From assembly GCA_963805085.1 (NCBI GenBank), contig CAWDTA010000002.1, forward strand, positions 1,344,001 through 1,408,000: a stretch of DNA of 64,000 bases, given 5' to 3'. Positions 37,901-48,803 of the stretch are shown one piece after another (the first letter of the stretch is position 1; every line of letters starts with the position of its first letter). The notes beneath the pieces are model-generated. The model had not been told where the DNA came from, made no database searches, and worked only from the letters and a program-made list of their open reading frames with translations. The position numbers and the translations under genes are program-made. The stretch comes from an uncultured Veillonellaceae bacterium (lineage in GTDB: Bacteria > Bacillota > Negativicutes > JARBTT01).

Positions 37901-38200
37901 ATGGCACAAGACAAAACTTTAACATGCAGCGATTGCAGCACAGAATTCATTTTCTCAGCATCAGAACAAGATTTTTACGCTGAAAAAGGTTTCGCTAACG
38001 AACCTGGACGTTGCCCTGAATGCAGAGCAGCTCGTAAACAACAAAGAGCAGGCGGCAACAACCGTGGTGGACAACAACAACAACGTGAAATGCATGACGT
38101 AACTTGCGCAGCTTGTGGTTGTGAAACTCAAGTTCCTTTCAAACCAAGCAACGATCGTCCTGTATTCTGCAGAGATTGTTTTCAAAGCAACAAACGCTAA
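37901..38200 (+). CDS. Zinc-ribbon / CxxC-x17-CxxC domain protein
   Basis: 'DKTLTCSDC..EF.FSASEQDFYAEKGF.NEP.RC..CR' and 'C..CG....VPF.P...RPV.C.DCF'. Confidence 0.9.
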   Translation: MAQDKTLTCSDCSTEFIFSASEQDFYAEKGFANEPGRCPECRAARKQQRAGGNNRGGQQQQREMHDVTCAACGCETQVPFKPSNDRPVFCRDCFQSNKR

Positions 38201-38322
38201 TTAGATAAAAAATGCTCCAGTCAAATGACTGGGGCTTTTTTTTTCAGACATAGAAGATTTTCGCTTTTGATACCTTTTTAGAGAAAATTTATTGTACTAT
38301 CAATACATAGAAAAAATATAGA

Positions 38323-38380
38323 AAAACACCTGCTAAATTTTGTATAAAACTAGCAGGTGTTTTAAGTTTTTATGAGAATA
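38323..38380 (+). repeat. Junction element copy 1 (11-7-11 palindrome + sigmaH-like promoter)
   Basis: CCTGCTAAATT-TTGTATA-AAACTAGCAGG...TTTTATGAGAATA. Confidence 0.75.
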
Positions 38381-38601
38381 TCTAACTTTAATATCAAAAA
38401 GATAGTGCCTACCATGATAAAAGAAAAATGACTCCACCCATTCCTTTTGATTGTGAATAATATGACGAATTTCTTTCGTTATAAGAGAACAAACTAAGGA
38501 ACGGTTCATCGTGGATAAGACGAAACTATTATGTTTGAAGGATGAGGCTACAAACATTTTCAATAGTTGAACTTAAATATATTATACAAGGAGTGATTAC
38601 T

Positions 38602-39987
38602 TTGGAATATCGCATTGAAAAAGATTCTATTGGAGAAATTAATGTACCTGTTGATAAATTATGGGGAGCCCAGACACAACGTAGTTATGAAAATTTCCAA
38701 ATTGGAACCGAGAAAATACCAATAGAATTGGTTCGCATATTTGCTACATTAAAATGGGCTGCGGCTAATGTGAATAAGGAATTAGAATTGCTCGATGAAG
38801 TTAGGGCGGATGCCATTATAAAAGCTTGTAATGAAATCAAAGAGGGAAAATTAGATGAGCATTTTCCTTTGGCTGTATGGCAAACCGGCAGTGGGACACA
38901 GTTTAATATGAACGTTAATGAGGTAATCGCACATCGTGCAACACAAATATTAGAAGAAGAGGGAAAACATAGTGCCATTCATCCTAACGATCATGTGAAC
39001 CGTTCACAAAGTTCAAATGATATATTTCCAACGTCACTTCATGTTGTAGGATTAACGCTAATAAAAAAGGATCTATTCCCAGCAATAGATGGCTTGATCG
39101 ATACATTGGAAGATAAGTCACAAAAATTTATGCAGATTGTAAAAATTGGACGAACCCATCTAATGGATGCTACTCCGCTCACTTTAGGACAAGAAATGAG
39201 TGGTTGGGTTAGCATGTTAAAACGTAACAAAGAAATGATCAGTGCTGGTATTGAATTTTTGCGTGATTTAGCAATGGGTGGGACAGCTGTAGGCACAGGG
39301 ATAAATACACACCCAGATTTTGCTGTAAAAGTTGCGAATGAAATTAGTGAACTAACAAAAGAGAAGTTTCAAACAGCTCCCAATAAATTTCAAGCTTTGT
39401 CCAGTAAAGATGAGCTTGTAGCTGTTCATGGGTTGCTGAAAGCTTTAGCAGCGGATCTTATGAAAATTGCCAATGATGTACGATGGCTAGCCAGCGGGCC
39501 ACGCTGTGGAATTGGTGAAATCACCATTCCAGCAAATGAGCCAGGAAGCTCAATTATGCCATCAAAGGTAAACCCTACACAAGCGGAAGCATTAACCATG
39601 GTTGTTACTCAAGTTTTTGGTAATGATACAACAATCAGCTTTGCTGCTAGCCAAGGAAACTTTCAATTAAATGTATTTATGCCTGTCATAGCATATAACT
39701 TAATTCAAAGTATAAGATTATTGAGTGATAGTATAAATTCATTTAACCATAACTGTGCTGTTGGTATCGAACCAAATCTTCCAACAATAAATCTTCACTT
39801 GAATCAATCATTGATTTTAATTACAGGGCTAGTCCCTTTAATTGGCTATGATAAATCAGCCGAAATTGCTAAAAAAGCAGCAAAAGAGGGAATCACCCTG
39901 AAAGAGTCTGCGTTATCATTAGGCTATGTAAATGAAACGGAGTATGACCGTTACATGGATCTAAATCACCTGATAAAGCCTGAATAA
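38602..39987 (+). CDS. fumC: Class II fumarate hydratase
   Basis: 'RIEKDSIG', '[17 protein letters not shown]', '[10 protein letters not shown]', '[14 protein letters not shown]'; TTG start after AAGGAG. Confidence 0.95.
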   Translation: MEYRIEKDSIGEINVPVDKLWGAQTQRSYENFQIGTEKIPIELVRIFATLKWAAANVNKELELLDEVRADAIIKACNEIKEGKLDEHFPLAVWQTGSGTQFNMNVNEVIAHRATQILEEEGKHSAIHPNDHVNRSQSSNDIFPTSLHVVGLTLIKKDLFPAIDGLIDTLEDKSQKFMQIVKIGRTHLMDATPLTLGQEMSGWVSMLKRNKEMISAGIEFLRDLAMGGTAVGTGINTHPDFAVKVANEISELTKEKFQTAPNKFQALSSKDELVAVHGLLKALAADLMKIANDVRWLASGPRCGIGEITIPANEPGSSIMPSKVNPTQAEALTMVVTQVFGNDTTISFAASQGNFQLNVFMPVIAYNLIQSIRLLSDSINSFNHNCAVGIEPNLPTINLHLNQSLILITGLVPLIGYDKSAEIAKKAAKEGITLKESALSLGYVNETEYDRYMDLNHLIKPE

Positions 39988-40076
39988 TTATGCGTGGTGT
40001 TCTTAGGAGAGTAATGAATATAGATAGCATTAAATCCTATTGAGTGCTCGAATAGAGGCATTAACATATAAAGTTT

Positions 40077-40131
40077 AAAGCTCCTGCTAAATCCCAGATG
40101 AATTTGGCAGGAGCTTTACTTATATGAAAAT
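40077..40131 (+). repeat. Junction element copy 2 (also terminator between fumC and selO)
   Basis: CCTGCTAAATC-CCAGATG-AATTTGGCAGG. Confidence 0.7.
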
Positions 40132-40176
40132 TCAATAACTATTTCGATTTGTCCAGGGCACATCCCCTTGTTATAG

Positions 40177-41655
40177 TCAGGTACCGCAAAAAGTTTTGTA
40201 AGGGCAGTTGGATAATGCGGGCGGTGTGGTGTATTCAGCCTGCTCAGGGGAGTGGGCATAAGGAGTTGAAAGAACTTTAAGCAGTCGATGCATTACGCTG
40301 TAATCACCTTGTTTTACTGCGGCTTCAAGAGCCGCTTCTACCCGGTGGTTTCGAGGGATGATCGCAGGATTGTTGCTTTGCATCCACTGCTGTGAGACAT
40401 TTCTTGGTTCTGCCTGTCTGTCTAGCCTTGCTTTCCATTGTGCATGCCACTGAGAAAAATCCGCGGAGTCAAACAGATCCGTGTCTTCTAGTAGATTAAA
40501 AGTTAATGCGCGGAAGGTATTTGTATAGTCCGCACGATGTTCTTTCATTATACGGAGGAGGTTTTCAATGAGTACCTCATCTTGCGTTTCTTCGTTAAAT
40601 AGTCCTAGTTTGCCTCTCATTCCTGCTAGCCAATGATCGTGGAATAATCTAGTAAAATCTGCAATGGCCGATTCAGCAAGTTTAACAGCCTGTTCTTGAT
40701 TGGCATCTAGTAATGGCAGTAAGGTTTCTGCAAATCGTGCGAGATTCCAAGCGGCAATATCTGGTTGATTGCCATAGGCATAGCGGCCACGCTTGTCAAT
40801 GGAGCTGAATACCGTTGCTGGATCGTAGCTATCCATAAAGGCGCAAGGCCCATAATCGATGGTTTCTCCACTGAGTGCCATATTATCGGTGTTCATTACT
40901 CCATGAATGAAGCCAACCAATTGCCATTGGGCAATCAATGCAGCCTGTCGTTTGACCACTTCTTGAAGTAGGAAAAAGTATGGGTTTTCAGCGGCATCCG
41001 CGCCGGAAAAATGCCTTCCTAAGGTGTAATCAGCCAGGATACGCAGATCCAGAACAGTGCCCCAATTGGCAGCGTATTGAAAGGTACCGACGCGCAGATG
41101 ACTGGCAGCTATGCGGGTTAGAATTGCACCAGATTGCTCGGTTTCTCGGATGACCGCATCACCGGTTGTCACCACCGCTAGGCTACGGGTCGTAGGGATA
41201 CCAAGCGCATACATTGCTTCGCTAATGATGTATTCACGGAGCATCGGCCCAAGGGCTGCACGTCCATCACCACCGCGTGAGTAGGGTGTTCTGCCTGATC
41301 CTTTGAGCCCAATGTCGACCCGCTCGCCTAAAGGCGTGATCTGTTCACCAAGTAGTAGTGCCCGTCCGTCCCCTAACATGGTAAAATGACCAAATTGATG
41401 ACCAGCATAAGCCTGAGCAAGAGGCAAAGCCCCTTCAGGAACTTGATTGCCAGCAAACACCGCTATGCTAGCATTGCTTTGTAACGATAGGGCATCTAAT
41501 CCTAGTGATATAGCCAAGGAATCATTGAGAATGATCAACTCTGGTGAGCGTACGGGATTCAGGTTAAGCGTGGTAAAAAATAATTTTGGGAGACGGGCAT
41601 AACTATTGTCGAAGTTCCAACTTGTTTCGGAGCTTGTATTGTTCTTTGTCGTCAT
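40177..41655 (-). CDS. selO: Protein adenylyltransferase SelO/YdiU
   Basis: '[16 protein letters not shown]', '[17 protein letters not shown]', 'HGVMNTDN', C-terminal 'TFCGT'. Confidence 0.95.
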   Translation of the reverse strand: MTTKNNTSSETSWNFDNSYARLPKLFFTTLNLNPVRSPELIILNDSLAISLGLDALSLQSNASIAVFAGNQVPEGALPLAQAYAGHQFGHFTMLGDGRALLLGEQITPLGERVDIGLKGSGRTPYSRGGDGRAALGPMLREYIISEAMYALGIPTTRSLAVVTTGDAVIRETEQSGAILTRIAASHLRVGTFQYAANWGTVLDLRILADYTLGRHFSGADAAENPYFFLLQEVVKRQAALIAQWQLVGFIHGVMNTDNMALSGETIDYGPCAFMDSYDPATVFSSIDKRGRYAYGNQPDIAAWNLARFAETLLPLLDANQEQAVKLAESAIADFTRLFHDHWLAGMRGKLGLFNEETQDEVLIENLLRIMKEHRADYTNTFRALTFNLLEDTDLFDSADFSQWHAQWKARLDRQAEPRNVSQQWMQSNNPAIIPRNHRVEAALEAAVKQGDYSVMHRLLKVLSTPYAHSPEQAEYTTPPALSNCPYKTFCGT

Positions 41656-41960
41656 AGCTTCGTTCTCCTTTTGGGCTTTTTACCCTATTATTTCTCTTAT
41701 ATGAGACCAATATAAAACAAATAACATAGGAATTCTATATGTTTTTTCATGAATACTGTCTATTTTAATACAAGACATCATTTTTTTAGTGTCTGCTTTT
41801 GTCAACTTATTATACTTGCTTTACCTGTTGGAAGTGCTAAGTGTCTTTATCATTGCAGTTCCATAATAAATAATAGCCTCACGCTTGTCCTTTCGCATCA
41901 GATTAGCTAGATAAATATTTCGTACTGTTTTTAGCCATAATAAATGTGGGAGGGGATAAT

Positions 41961-42557
41961 TTGTTTGACAGAATGCTTGATATTTTAAGTAGCCTTGGAT
42001 TGCCCGGGGTGTTTGTAGGCGTTTTTTTAGAAGCAATCGGGTTGCCATTCCCAGGCAGTGTTTTGGTTGCTTTGGCAGGTTTTCTGGCAAAGCAAGGAGA
42101 GTTTCACATTATAATAGCTTGGCTGGTAGCCTTGTTAGGATACATGCTGGGATCTATTTCTGCCTTTATAATAGGAAGTCATATTGGCGAACCATTTATA
42201 GAAAAATGGGGTAAATATATTAGGCTAACCCCGCAGCGCATTGACAAGGCACAGAAACTTTTGCAAAAGTCGGCGCCAGCTTATGTTATCGGTGGTCGAT
42301 TTTTACCAACGATAGGCAATGTTACACCGTATGTGGCTGGGATTAGTGGTATTTCTATCGTGAAATTTCTGATCTATGACATGATACACGCGGTTCTGTG
42401 GCTAACCATTTTCTTAGGATTCGGGGCTGTGCTCGGTAATAAGTGGCAAATGATTCTTGCAAATCCGTGGCTAAAGTGGGGTGCAATTGGGGGTGGCGTC
42501 TTGATATTGGTGTATGGGTTTAAAAAGTTACTTCCTGTGCATAGTGAGAAAAAGTAG
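41961..42557 (+). CDS. DedA family membrane protein
   Basis: 'FLEAIGLPFPGS', 'GRFLP...AG'. Confidence 0.88.
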   Translation: MFDRMLDILSSLGLPGVFVGVFLEAIGLPFPGSVLVALAGFLAKQGEFHIIIAWLVALLGYMLGSISAFIIGSHIGEPFIEKWGKYIRLTPQRIDKAQKLLQKSAPAYVIGGRFLPTIGNVTPYVAGISGISIVKFLIYDMIHAVLWLTIFLGFGAVLGNKWQMILANPWLKWGAIGGGVLILVYGFKKLLPVHSEKK

Positions 42558-42689
42558 AGCGACAGTGAAACGATTATCCCTTTGAGTAAAAAAACACCTC
42601 TTACATAACATATTTACTTATATGAAATAAGAGGTGCTTTTTTCTGTTCCCATTTATGAGAACTATATGCAGTAGAGGTGTAGATTCTA

Positions 42690-42887
42690 TTATTGATATT
42701 GAGAAAATTCCTTTTTGAATATCTTACAGGAGCCATCTAACCAATTTATGCAATCGGAACAACGCCTTTCATACTTGTCGGGGGAGATATTCAGTAGCGA
42801 GCAGCCATAACCCATAGCATTTATAATGTGTTCAAATTCTGTACATTCTTTTGCGATAGATTTCAATTGCTTTTCTGTGTAATTCAT
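42690..42887 (-). CDS. Small Cys-containing hypothetical protein
   Basis: 65 aa, 'IAKECTEF...RCSDCINW..GSCKIF'; AGGAG SD. Confidence 0.65.
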   Translation of the reverse strand: MNYTEKQLKSIAKECTEFEHIINAMGYGCSLLNISPDKYERRCSDCINWLDGSCKIFKKEFSQYQ

Positions 42888-43072
42888 AAATAAAGCTTCA
42901 CTCCTTTGATGATTTTTTTTTAGTATGTACTTATTCTAATAAAACAATCAATCGTTCAGAACTAGATATAGAAATATCGTTAATATAAAAAGTAAAAGGG
43001 AAATTACATTGCTTTGTCGAAAAAAATAAAGTAATAAATAAAAAGTGATGACGGTAGGTAGCAATAAATATA

Positions 43073-43897
43073 ATGCAAACATTGTTAAATGTACTAATTT
43101 TAAGTGTAACAGAGATCATTTATCTAGTAGGAATATTAATAGCAGTAGGAATTTTATTAGGTTGGATACAATCTATTTCAAATAAATGGGCATATCAAGC
43201 ATTAGGTAAAACAGGTATCATGTTAACCGCATGCATCGGGACCCCAATACATGAAACAGGGCATGCCCTCATGTGTTTTATATTTGGACATAAAATTAAT
43301 TCCATAAAATTTTTTGATTTGAATTCCGATACTACGACTCTTGGCTATGTAAATCATAGTTTTAGCAAACATAATCTATACCAGGCAAGCGGAAATTTTT
43401 TCATAAGTCTAGGACCGATCTTTAGTGGAACGGCCGCGATACTATTTTTCATGTATATGTTAGAACCCACTACATTCAAGATGCTGCAAAGATACGTAAT
43501 ATCAGCGCCTATAGCTAGTAATCATATCGTGAATTTTATAGAATGGTCAAGACACTCTGTATTTATTGTGTATACAGGAGTATTCAGCAATGGTAGCATA
43601 GCTTCACCGAGTTTTTGGCTATTCTTATTTTTGTCAATATGTATTGCTTCACATATCGCCTTAAGTAAGGAGGATATTAAAAATGCTATATCAGGCTTGT
43701 GGGTTACTTTATTTGTGGCTGTGTTTTTCAATATAGTTGCATCGTTAGGGGAGCTTGAGACACTAAAATATGTGCTGATGCTTGCTAGGTATAATATATT
43801 TTTGATATCGGTGTTATCTGTGTCGGTCTCATTTTCCCTTATAACAGCTTTGATTATGGGATTGCTTTCTGGAATAAAAAGGTTAATGATGAGATAA
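43073..43897 (+). CDS. Membrane protein with HExxH motif (M50-like metalloprotease)
   Basis: 'GTPIHETGHALMC', 'LGYVNH', 'LSKEDI'; multiple TM segments. Confidence 0.75.
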   Translation: MQTLLNVLILSVTEIIYLVGILIAVGILLGWIQSISNKWAYQALGKTGIMLTACIGTPIHETGHALMCFIFGHKINSIKFFDLNSDTTTLGYVNHSFSKHNLYQASGNFFISLGPIFSGTAAILFFMYMLEPTTFKMLQRYVISAPIASNHIVNFIEWSRHSVFIVYTGVFSNGSIASPSFWLFLFLSICIASHIALSKEDIKNAISGLWVTLFVAVFFNIVASLGELETLKYVLMLARYNIFLISVLSVSVSFSLITALIMGLLSGIKRLMMR

Positions 43898-44089
43898 GTA
43901 CTAAGAAATCCTTATACTCGTGAATGAACTGAACCGGTTCTGACGGACAAAAGAATGACCGCTAACTTGTAGAAAAGTCCTAACGGTTGCTTCGCGTTAC
44001 AACGAGGATTTAATCTGCGGGCGTTCCACTGATCAACCATTGACAAAGCTTGATCAGAATAGTGTAAATGGAGTATAAATAATAAAAAG

Positions 44090-44147
44090 GAAACTCCTGC
44101 TGGATTTTGTATGAATTTGGTAGGAGTTCTGAGCTTTTATGAGAATA
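44090..44147 (+). repeat. Junction element copy 3
   Basis: CCTGCTGGATT-TTGTATG-AATTTGGTAGG-AGTTCTGAGCTTTTATGAGAATA. Confidence 0.75.
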
Positions 44148-44247
44148 ATTAGGTCTATAAGTTAAAAAAGAATGGTCTTGATTGTGTGGACAAATTTATT
44201 TACTAAAAATGGTTTTAGATATTGTTTTGAAAGGATGTTATAAAATC

Positions 44248-46056
44248 GTGGGTACTTATAAAAAGTCGATGAAAAACCAAATTTGGTATTTATTTATTTT
44301 ACTGATGACAACGATGATTGCAGTTATTAGTTCTATCGCTTTTTATTATTGGAAAATATCCATTGATGATATGGTTATGAAAATTCAGGAGGAAGCACAT
44401 GCAAGCATTTTAACTGAAATAGAAAATTTTGTTCAGGTGCCTTTGTCCATGAATGAAGAAAACCAATATGTAATAAAGCATGGTTTGATTTCCATGGATG
44501 ATCCGGCGAGAAGAGAGCTGTTCTTTGCTGGAGTTATGCAGGCGGCAGCGGAAAATGTATATAGTTTTAGCTATGGATCGAAGGATGGGGACTATTATGG
44601 TGTGAGGCATAATGGGAAAAATGAACTGGAATTTATGAAAAGTAATGCTGAGACGAGTGGGCATTCTCAATATTATGAGATAAAAGATGATTTAACGATA
44701 GGAAGAGTACGTTTTTACCTAAATGAGTTTGATCCACGTAAACGGGATTGGTATAAAGTAGCTGAGAAAGAAAAAAAACCGGTATTTTCCTCGGTCTATA
44801 AGCATTTTATAGCCAATGACTTGGCTGTTTCAGCTTCCTATCCAATTTACGATGATCAAGGCCTACTGATGGGAGTATTGGGGACGCATGTGCTACTTTC
44901 AAAAATGAATCAGGAATTAAAGGATGCTGTGAAAGATAAACAAGCAACTGCTTATATTATAGAAAGAGCTTCAGGCGATCTTGTGGCAAATACGGAAGAT
45001 GAACCTAATTTCACGATTGATGCTAAAGAAAATATGCAGAGAATTCATATCGATCAAATAAAAAATAATGCTATTATTCATGCTTTAAAAAAATATATGG
45101 CGACATCGGAGCCCAAGTTCATGGACGGTATCGAAGAAAAAAATTCGTATGTAAAAGTATCAGAATTTAAAAAGGATGGTTTGGATTGGCTGATTATTAC
45201 AGCAATTTCAGAAGATCCGTATGTAGTTCAGATAAAGCAAAGTATCTTTATCTCAATCCTCTTATCGCTTGTGACAGTTCTAATAGCAATTCTTATATGG
45301 ACCCAAAAAATAGATCGCTATCTAGCACCAATTTATGAGTTGATTGCGGTTACAGAAAGCTTTTCTGCCGGAGATTTTTCTCAGCGGGCTAACATTTTAA
45401 AGCATGATGAAGTGGGAAAGTTAGGGCGAGCCTTCAATAAAATGGCGGAAGAAATCACAAGATTTATCAATGATTTGGAGTATAAAGTACAGGAACGAAC
45501 CAGCGAATTAGAAGAGCGCAATCGCCAGCTTGCTTTTGCCAAGGAACAATTGGAAATGTCTTCGCAGACAGATTTCTTAACTGGATTGTATAATCGGAAA
45601 TTTATTGTTGAAAAAATAGAACAGGAAATTGGACGATATAAACAATCAAAAGAGGAATTTACACTTATCATGATGGATATTGATTATTTTAAGAGGATTA
45701 ATGATCAATTTGGTCATGATTGTGGTGATGTAGTTTTAAAGGAAGTATCACAAATTATAAAAGATACGATTCGAGCAACTGATTGTATTGCTAGGTGGGG
45801 GGGCGAAGAATTTTTATTGTTTTTGCCAATGACACCAATCGATGGAGCTTTGCTCGTTGCCGAGAAAGTGCGCCGAAAAATTGAAGAACATCACTTTGAT
45901 TGTCGATCTGTGTGTATAAAAGCAACAATGACCTTAGGAATTGCGGTTTATCAGGAAGGACTAAGTCTTGATGAAGTAGTTAAACATGCGGATGTTGCTG
46001 TTTATAATGGCAAAAATAATGGCCGCAATCAGGTCTATCATTTTGAAAAGCCATAG
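44248..46056 (+). CDS. Cache-HAMP-GGDEF diguanylate cyclase
   Basis: 'FDPRKRDWYK' Cache motif, HAMP 'DEVGKLGRAFNKM', 'RWGGEEF'. Start uncertain (GTG 44248 chosen). Confidence 0.9.
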   Translation: MGTYKKSMKNQIWYLFILLMTTMIAVISSIAFYYWKISIDDMVMKIQEEAHASILTEIENFVQVPLSMNEENQYVIKHGLISMDDPARRELFFAGVMQAAAENVYSFSYGSKDGDYYGVRHNGKNELEFMKSNAETSGHSQYYEIKDDLTIGRVRFYLNEFDPRKRDWYKVAEKEKKPVFSSVYKHFIANDLAVSASYPIYDDQGLLMGVLGTHVLLSKMNQELKDAVKDKQATAYIIERASGDLVANTEDEPNFTIDAKENMQRIHIDQIKNNAIIHALKKYMATSEPKFMDGIEEKNSYVKVSEFKKDGLDWLIITAISEDPYVVQIKQSIFISILLSLVTVLIAILIWTQKIDRYLAPIYELIAVTESFSAGDFSQRANILKHDEVGKLGRAFNKMAEEITRFINDLEYKVQERTSELEERNRQLAFAKEQLEMSSQTDFLTGLYNRKFIVEKIEQEIGRYKQSKEEFTLIMMDIDYFKRINDQFGHDCGDVVLKEVSQIIKDTIRATDCIARWGGEEFLLFLPMTPIDGALLVAEKVRRKIEEHHFDCRSVCIKATMTLGIAVYQEGLSLDEVVKHADVAVYNGKNNGRNQVYHFEKP

Positions 46057-46098
46057 TAAATATTTATAGGAATATTGATAAATAAAATATAAATTGGA

Positions 46099-46148
46099 AA
46101 AGCGAAATGCCTGCTGAATTTGTATAAATTTAGCAGGCGTTTCGCTTT
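46099..46148 (+). repeat. Junction element copy 4 (terminator after the DGC; promoter tail absent)
   Basis: CCTGCTGAATT-TGTATA-AATTTAGCAGG (6-nt spacer). Confidence 0.7.
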
Positions 46149-46247
46149 ATAAGTATATTTAAATTCAATATTAGTTTGCCATCTTCTTTTAGATGGATAG
46201 GAATTTTATTTGGCTCGGAATTGATGCGAAGATAGAAACATCATTGT

Positions 46248-47240
46248 CTAGTTTGTTTTCAAATGTTTATTGAAAAAGTCAATTATTACATCCATTACTT
46301 CTTGTTGAACCCAATAAACACCGCCATGCTGGGCCCCATTGACTACATAGCGAGTAGATTCAATTCCATGTTCGAGGAGAGCCTGATGCAATATTTCTGT
46401 TTGGCTTGGGGATACAAGGGTATCTTTATTGCCATGCATCAAAAGAAAAGGCGCACTACTTTTCGATATATATGTGATTGGATTGGCTTTGGCTGCTTTT
46501 TCAGGATCAACTAGAATTCCGCCATCTTTACCACCAAAGGTAGAGCTGCCGTTTACCCATAGAGCTTCTGTTGCACCAGAAGATTTATGATTGTTTTGGC
46601 TTTCTTGTGAGAAATCAGCTCCAACTTTTGTTAGATCGGATAATCCATAAATATCGACGGCTGCTCTTACATCACTATTTTGATCTAGATTGTCACCCTT
46701 ATCAAATTTATCATTCCCATTTGTAGTGCCTACCATGGCTGATAAATAACCACCAGCAGATTCTCCGATGACACCAATGTTATTTGGATCAAGGCTAAAT
46801 TCTGTTGCATGCGCTTTGAGGTAACGAATTGCAGATTTTACATCTTCTAATGGTTTGGGAAAGGTTGCCGTTGGCGCAACACGATACTCAATGCTTGCAA
46901 CAACATAGCCTGCTTCGGCAAGATCCATCCGTTGCTGGATGTAACTATCTTTGTTGGCATGAATAAATCCACCACCTGTTACAAAAACAATCGCTGGCAT
47001 TTTCTCTTTTTTCTCCGGCTTGAGCACATCCATTTTCATAGCTACATTATCATAGCCCATAGTAGGAACTTGTTCATAAACAACATTAGAGATTAACTTG
47101 ATTAACGGTTTTTTTACCTGTACATCAAGTATTTTGCTGTCTGCTGTGTGATTTGTTTCGGCAAAAACAGATGAGCTTGTCCCCAATGTCAGCAAAGTTC
47201 CTGATATTGTCAGCAATGTCATCATCTTCTTCAGATTCAT
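46248..47240 (-). CDS. Exported alpha/beta-hydrolase (esterase/lipase)
   Basis: Signal peptide, 'VTGGGF', GESAGG nucleophile, 'HGNKDTLV', 'AQHG'. Confidence 0.88.
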   Translation of the reverse strand: MNLKKMMTLLTISGTLLTLGTSSSVFAETNHTADSKILDVQVKKPLIKLISNVVYEQVPTMGYDNVAMKMDVLKPEKKEKMPAIVFVTGGGFIHANKDSYIQQRMDLAEAGYVVASIEYRVAPTATFPKPLEDVKSAIRYLKAHATEFSLDPNNIGVIGESAGGYLSAMVGTTNGNDKFDKGDNLDQNSDVRAAVDIYGLSDLTKVGADFSQESQNNHKSSGATEALWVNGSSTFGGKDGGILVDPEKAAKANPITYISKSSAPFLLMHGNKDTLVSPSQTEILHQALLEHGIESTRYVVNGAQHGGVYWVQQEVMDVIIDFFNKHLKTN

Positions 47241-47348
47241 CTAATCACTCGCTTTCCTTGTATTTAAGTTGAACGCACTATTTCAGCTTGATCTATCAGT
47301 ATTTTTTTAGACACTTGGCTAACAGTAACTTAATTATATGGTGTTGTT

Positions 47349-47843
47349 TCAATTTTTGCGTGTTGTATAACCTGCCGGTAAATCTTTTGATGCGCAATCG
47401 ATTACATCGTCTCTGTCACGTCCGCAATCTTCTAAGAAAGTAATCTCGGCAAATTCATCTACTACCATTTTCGGATAGGTAGGGCCTTGATCGCGATACT
47501 GATGCATAAGGTCTAAATGTTCATTTTGATAACAGATTGTTTTTTTCGGATCATTCCCCACCCAAGCTGGGAAGAAAATCGTACCGTGTATTTTGCGTGA
47601 ATCTAGATTAAATGCTAGGCTTACACAAGTTCCCGTTGGTTCATCCCAAGAAATTTTAAAGATATTCTCAGCAAGCTTTACGATATAAGCTTGTTGGCCT
47701 GTTACCCAGCGACCTCCGACAATTCCACTATGAATGCGATAATCAAAGACTTTTTCACTTTTGATATAGACCTCATATTGCCAGCCATTATCATAGGTAT
47801 AGATAAAATGTTTTCCTACTAATTCTTTTAATTCTTCGTTCAT
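47349..47843 (-). CDS. padC: Phenolic acid decarboxylase
   Basis: 'GKHFIYTYDNGWQYE', 'DYRIHSG.VGGRWV', 'SWDEPTGT', 'GPTYPK'; ATG 47843. Confidence 0.95.
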   Translation of the reverse strand: MNEELKELVGKHFIYTYDNGWQYEVYIKSEKVFDYRIHSGIVGGRWVTGQQAYIVKLAENIFKISWDEPTGTCVSLAFNLDSRKIHGTIFFPAWVGNDPKKTICYQNEHLDLMHQYRDQGPTYPKMVVDEFAEITFLEDCGRDRDDVIDCASKDLPAGYTTRKN

Positions 47844-47873
47844 AACAAATTCCTTCTTCTTTATTATATATTT

Positions 47874-47917
47874 GTATAAATTACAACATGTAATTTTATA
47901 CATGTTGTAATTTATAC
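47874..47917. promoter_or_regulatory. PadR operator
   Basis: 19-bp-arm palindrome containing ATGT-N8-ACAT (the established PadR operator core), between divergent padC and padR. Confidence 0.85.
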
Positions 47918-47975
47918 GATTATTATATATAATAAAAAAATCAAAGTCAAGCAATCTGGCAAGGAGAGATTCAGA

Positions 47976-48518
47976 ATGAATACGTTAGGATATGCAATTT
48001 TAGGACTAATTGATAAAGAGAAACTTACTGGCTACGATCTTACTAAAATCTTCAGTGACAGTGTTGCTGATTTCTGGAGTGCCAAGCAAAGCCAAATATA
48101 TACGGAACTAAAAAAACTTGTAAAAGAGAATTTCATCGAATACGAAGTTGTTATTCAAGGCGAGATTCTCGAGAAAAAGGTTTACTCGCTTACTGAAAAA
48201 GGAGAAAAAGAACTTTTATCATGGATGACAAAGGATGATCCTCCTTTACCTCAGAGTAAAGATATTTTTAAACTTCGTCTTTATTTTTCAGAGAACATCT
48301 CAAAAGAAGAGCTTTTAAAAAAATTCGAAAATCGCCGTGAACAGACACTATCACTGATAACTCGTTATACTATGAAACTGCAGGAATATTCACCAACATC
48401 TATTCCAGATAAATATATTGGCGACTATCTTTTACTGAAAGGTGTCATTGCTGGTCTCCAAACCAATCTAGTATGGATAGAAAATTCGTTGGATTTTATA
48501 GAAAATTATAAAAATTAA
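47976..48518 (+). CDS. padR: PadR family repressor
   Basis: 'YAILGL...TGYDL...FWSAKQSQIY.ELKKL...KKVYSLTEKG'; divergent from padC. Confidence 0.93.
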   Translation: MNTLGYAILGLIDKEKLTGYDLTKIFSDSVADFWSAKQSQIYTELKKLVKENFIEYEVVIQGEILEKKVYSLTEKGEKELLSWMTKDDPPLPQSKDIFKLRLYFSENISKEELLKKFENRREQTLSLITRYTMKLQEYSPTSIPDKYIGDYLLLKGVIAGLQTNLVWIENSLDFIENYKN

Positions 48519-48727
48519 GGATCTCGAAAAAAATGGTATAATCAAGATAATTTCAGAGAAATCTTGAGTGTACCATTCTGGTTTGCATATAGCCATATTG
48601 ATTACTTCTGAGATACTGTCCATATTTTTACTCGGTGAATTTCATATTTAAAAAGCAAATATGATGAGATTACCATTTATTTGACTGCAATGGCAGTATC
48701 AATAACAAAAATATAAGCAATAAAAGA

Positions 48728-48782
48728 AAACTCTAACTTAGTTTTGTATGAATTTGGCAAGCTTCTGAGCTTTAATGAGAAT
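48728..48782 (+). repeat. Junction element copy 5 (degenerate left arm)
   Basis: CTAACTTAGTT-TTGTATG-AATTTGGCAAG-CTTCTGAGCTTTAATGAGAAT. Confidence 0.6.
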
Positions 48783-48803
48783 GTGGGATATTGATATCAA
48801 AAA

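Noticed and set aside
39541-39580. FumC signature [10 protein letters not shown] instead of the usual ...MPGKVN
   Set aside because: Still fits the superfamily pattern GSSxMPxKxN and the catalytic residues are intact.
43921-44030. Group II intron domain V/VI remnant
   Set aside because: No catalytic-triad domain V hairpin is recognisable.
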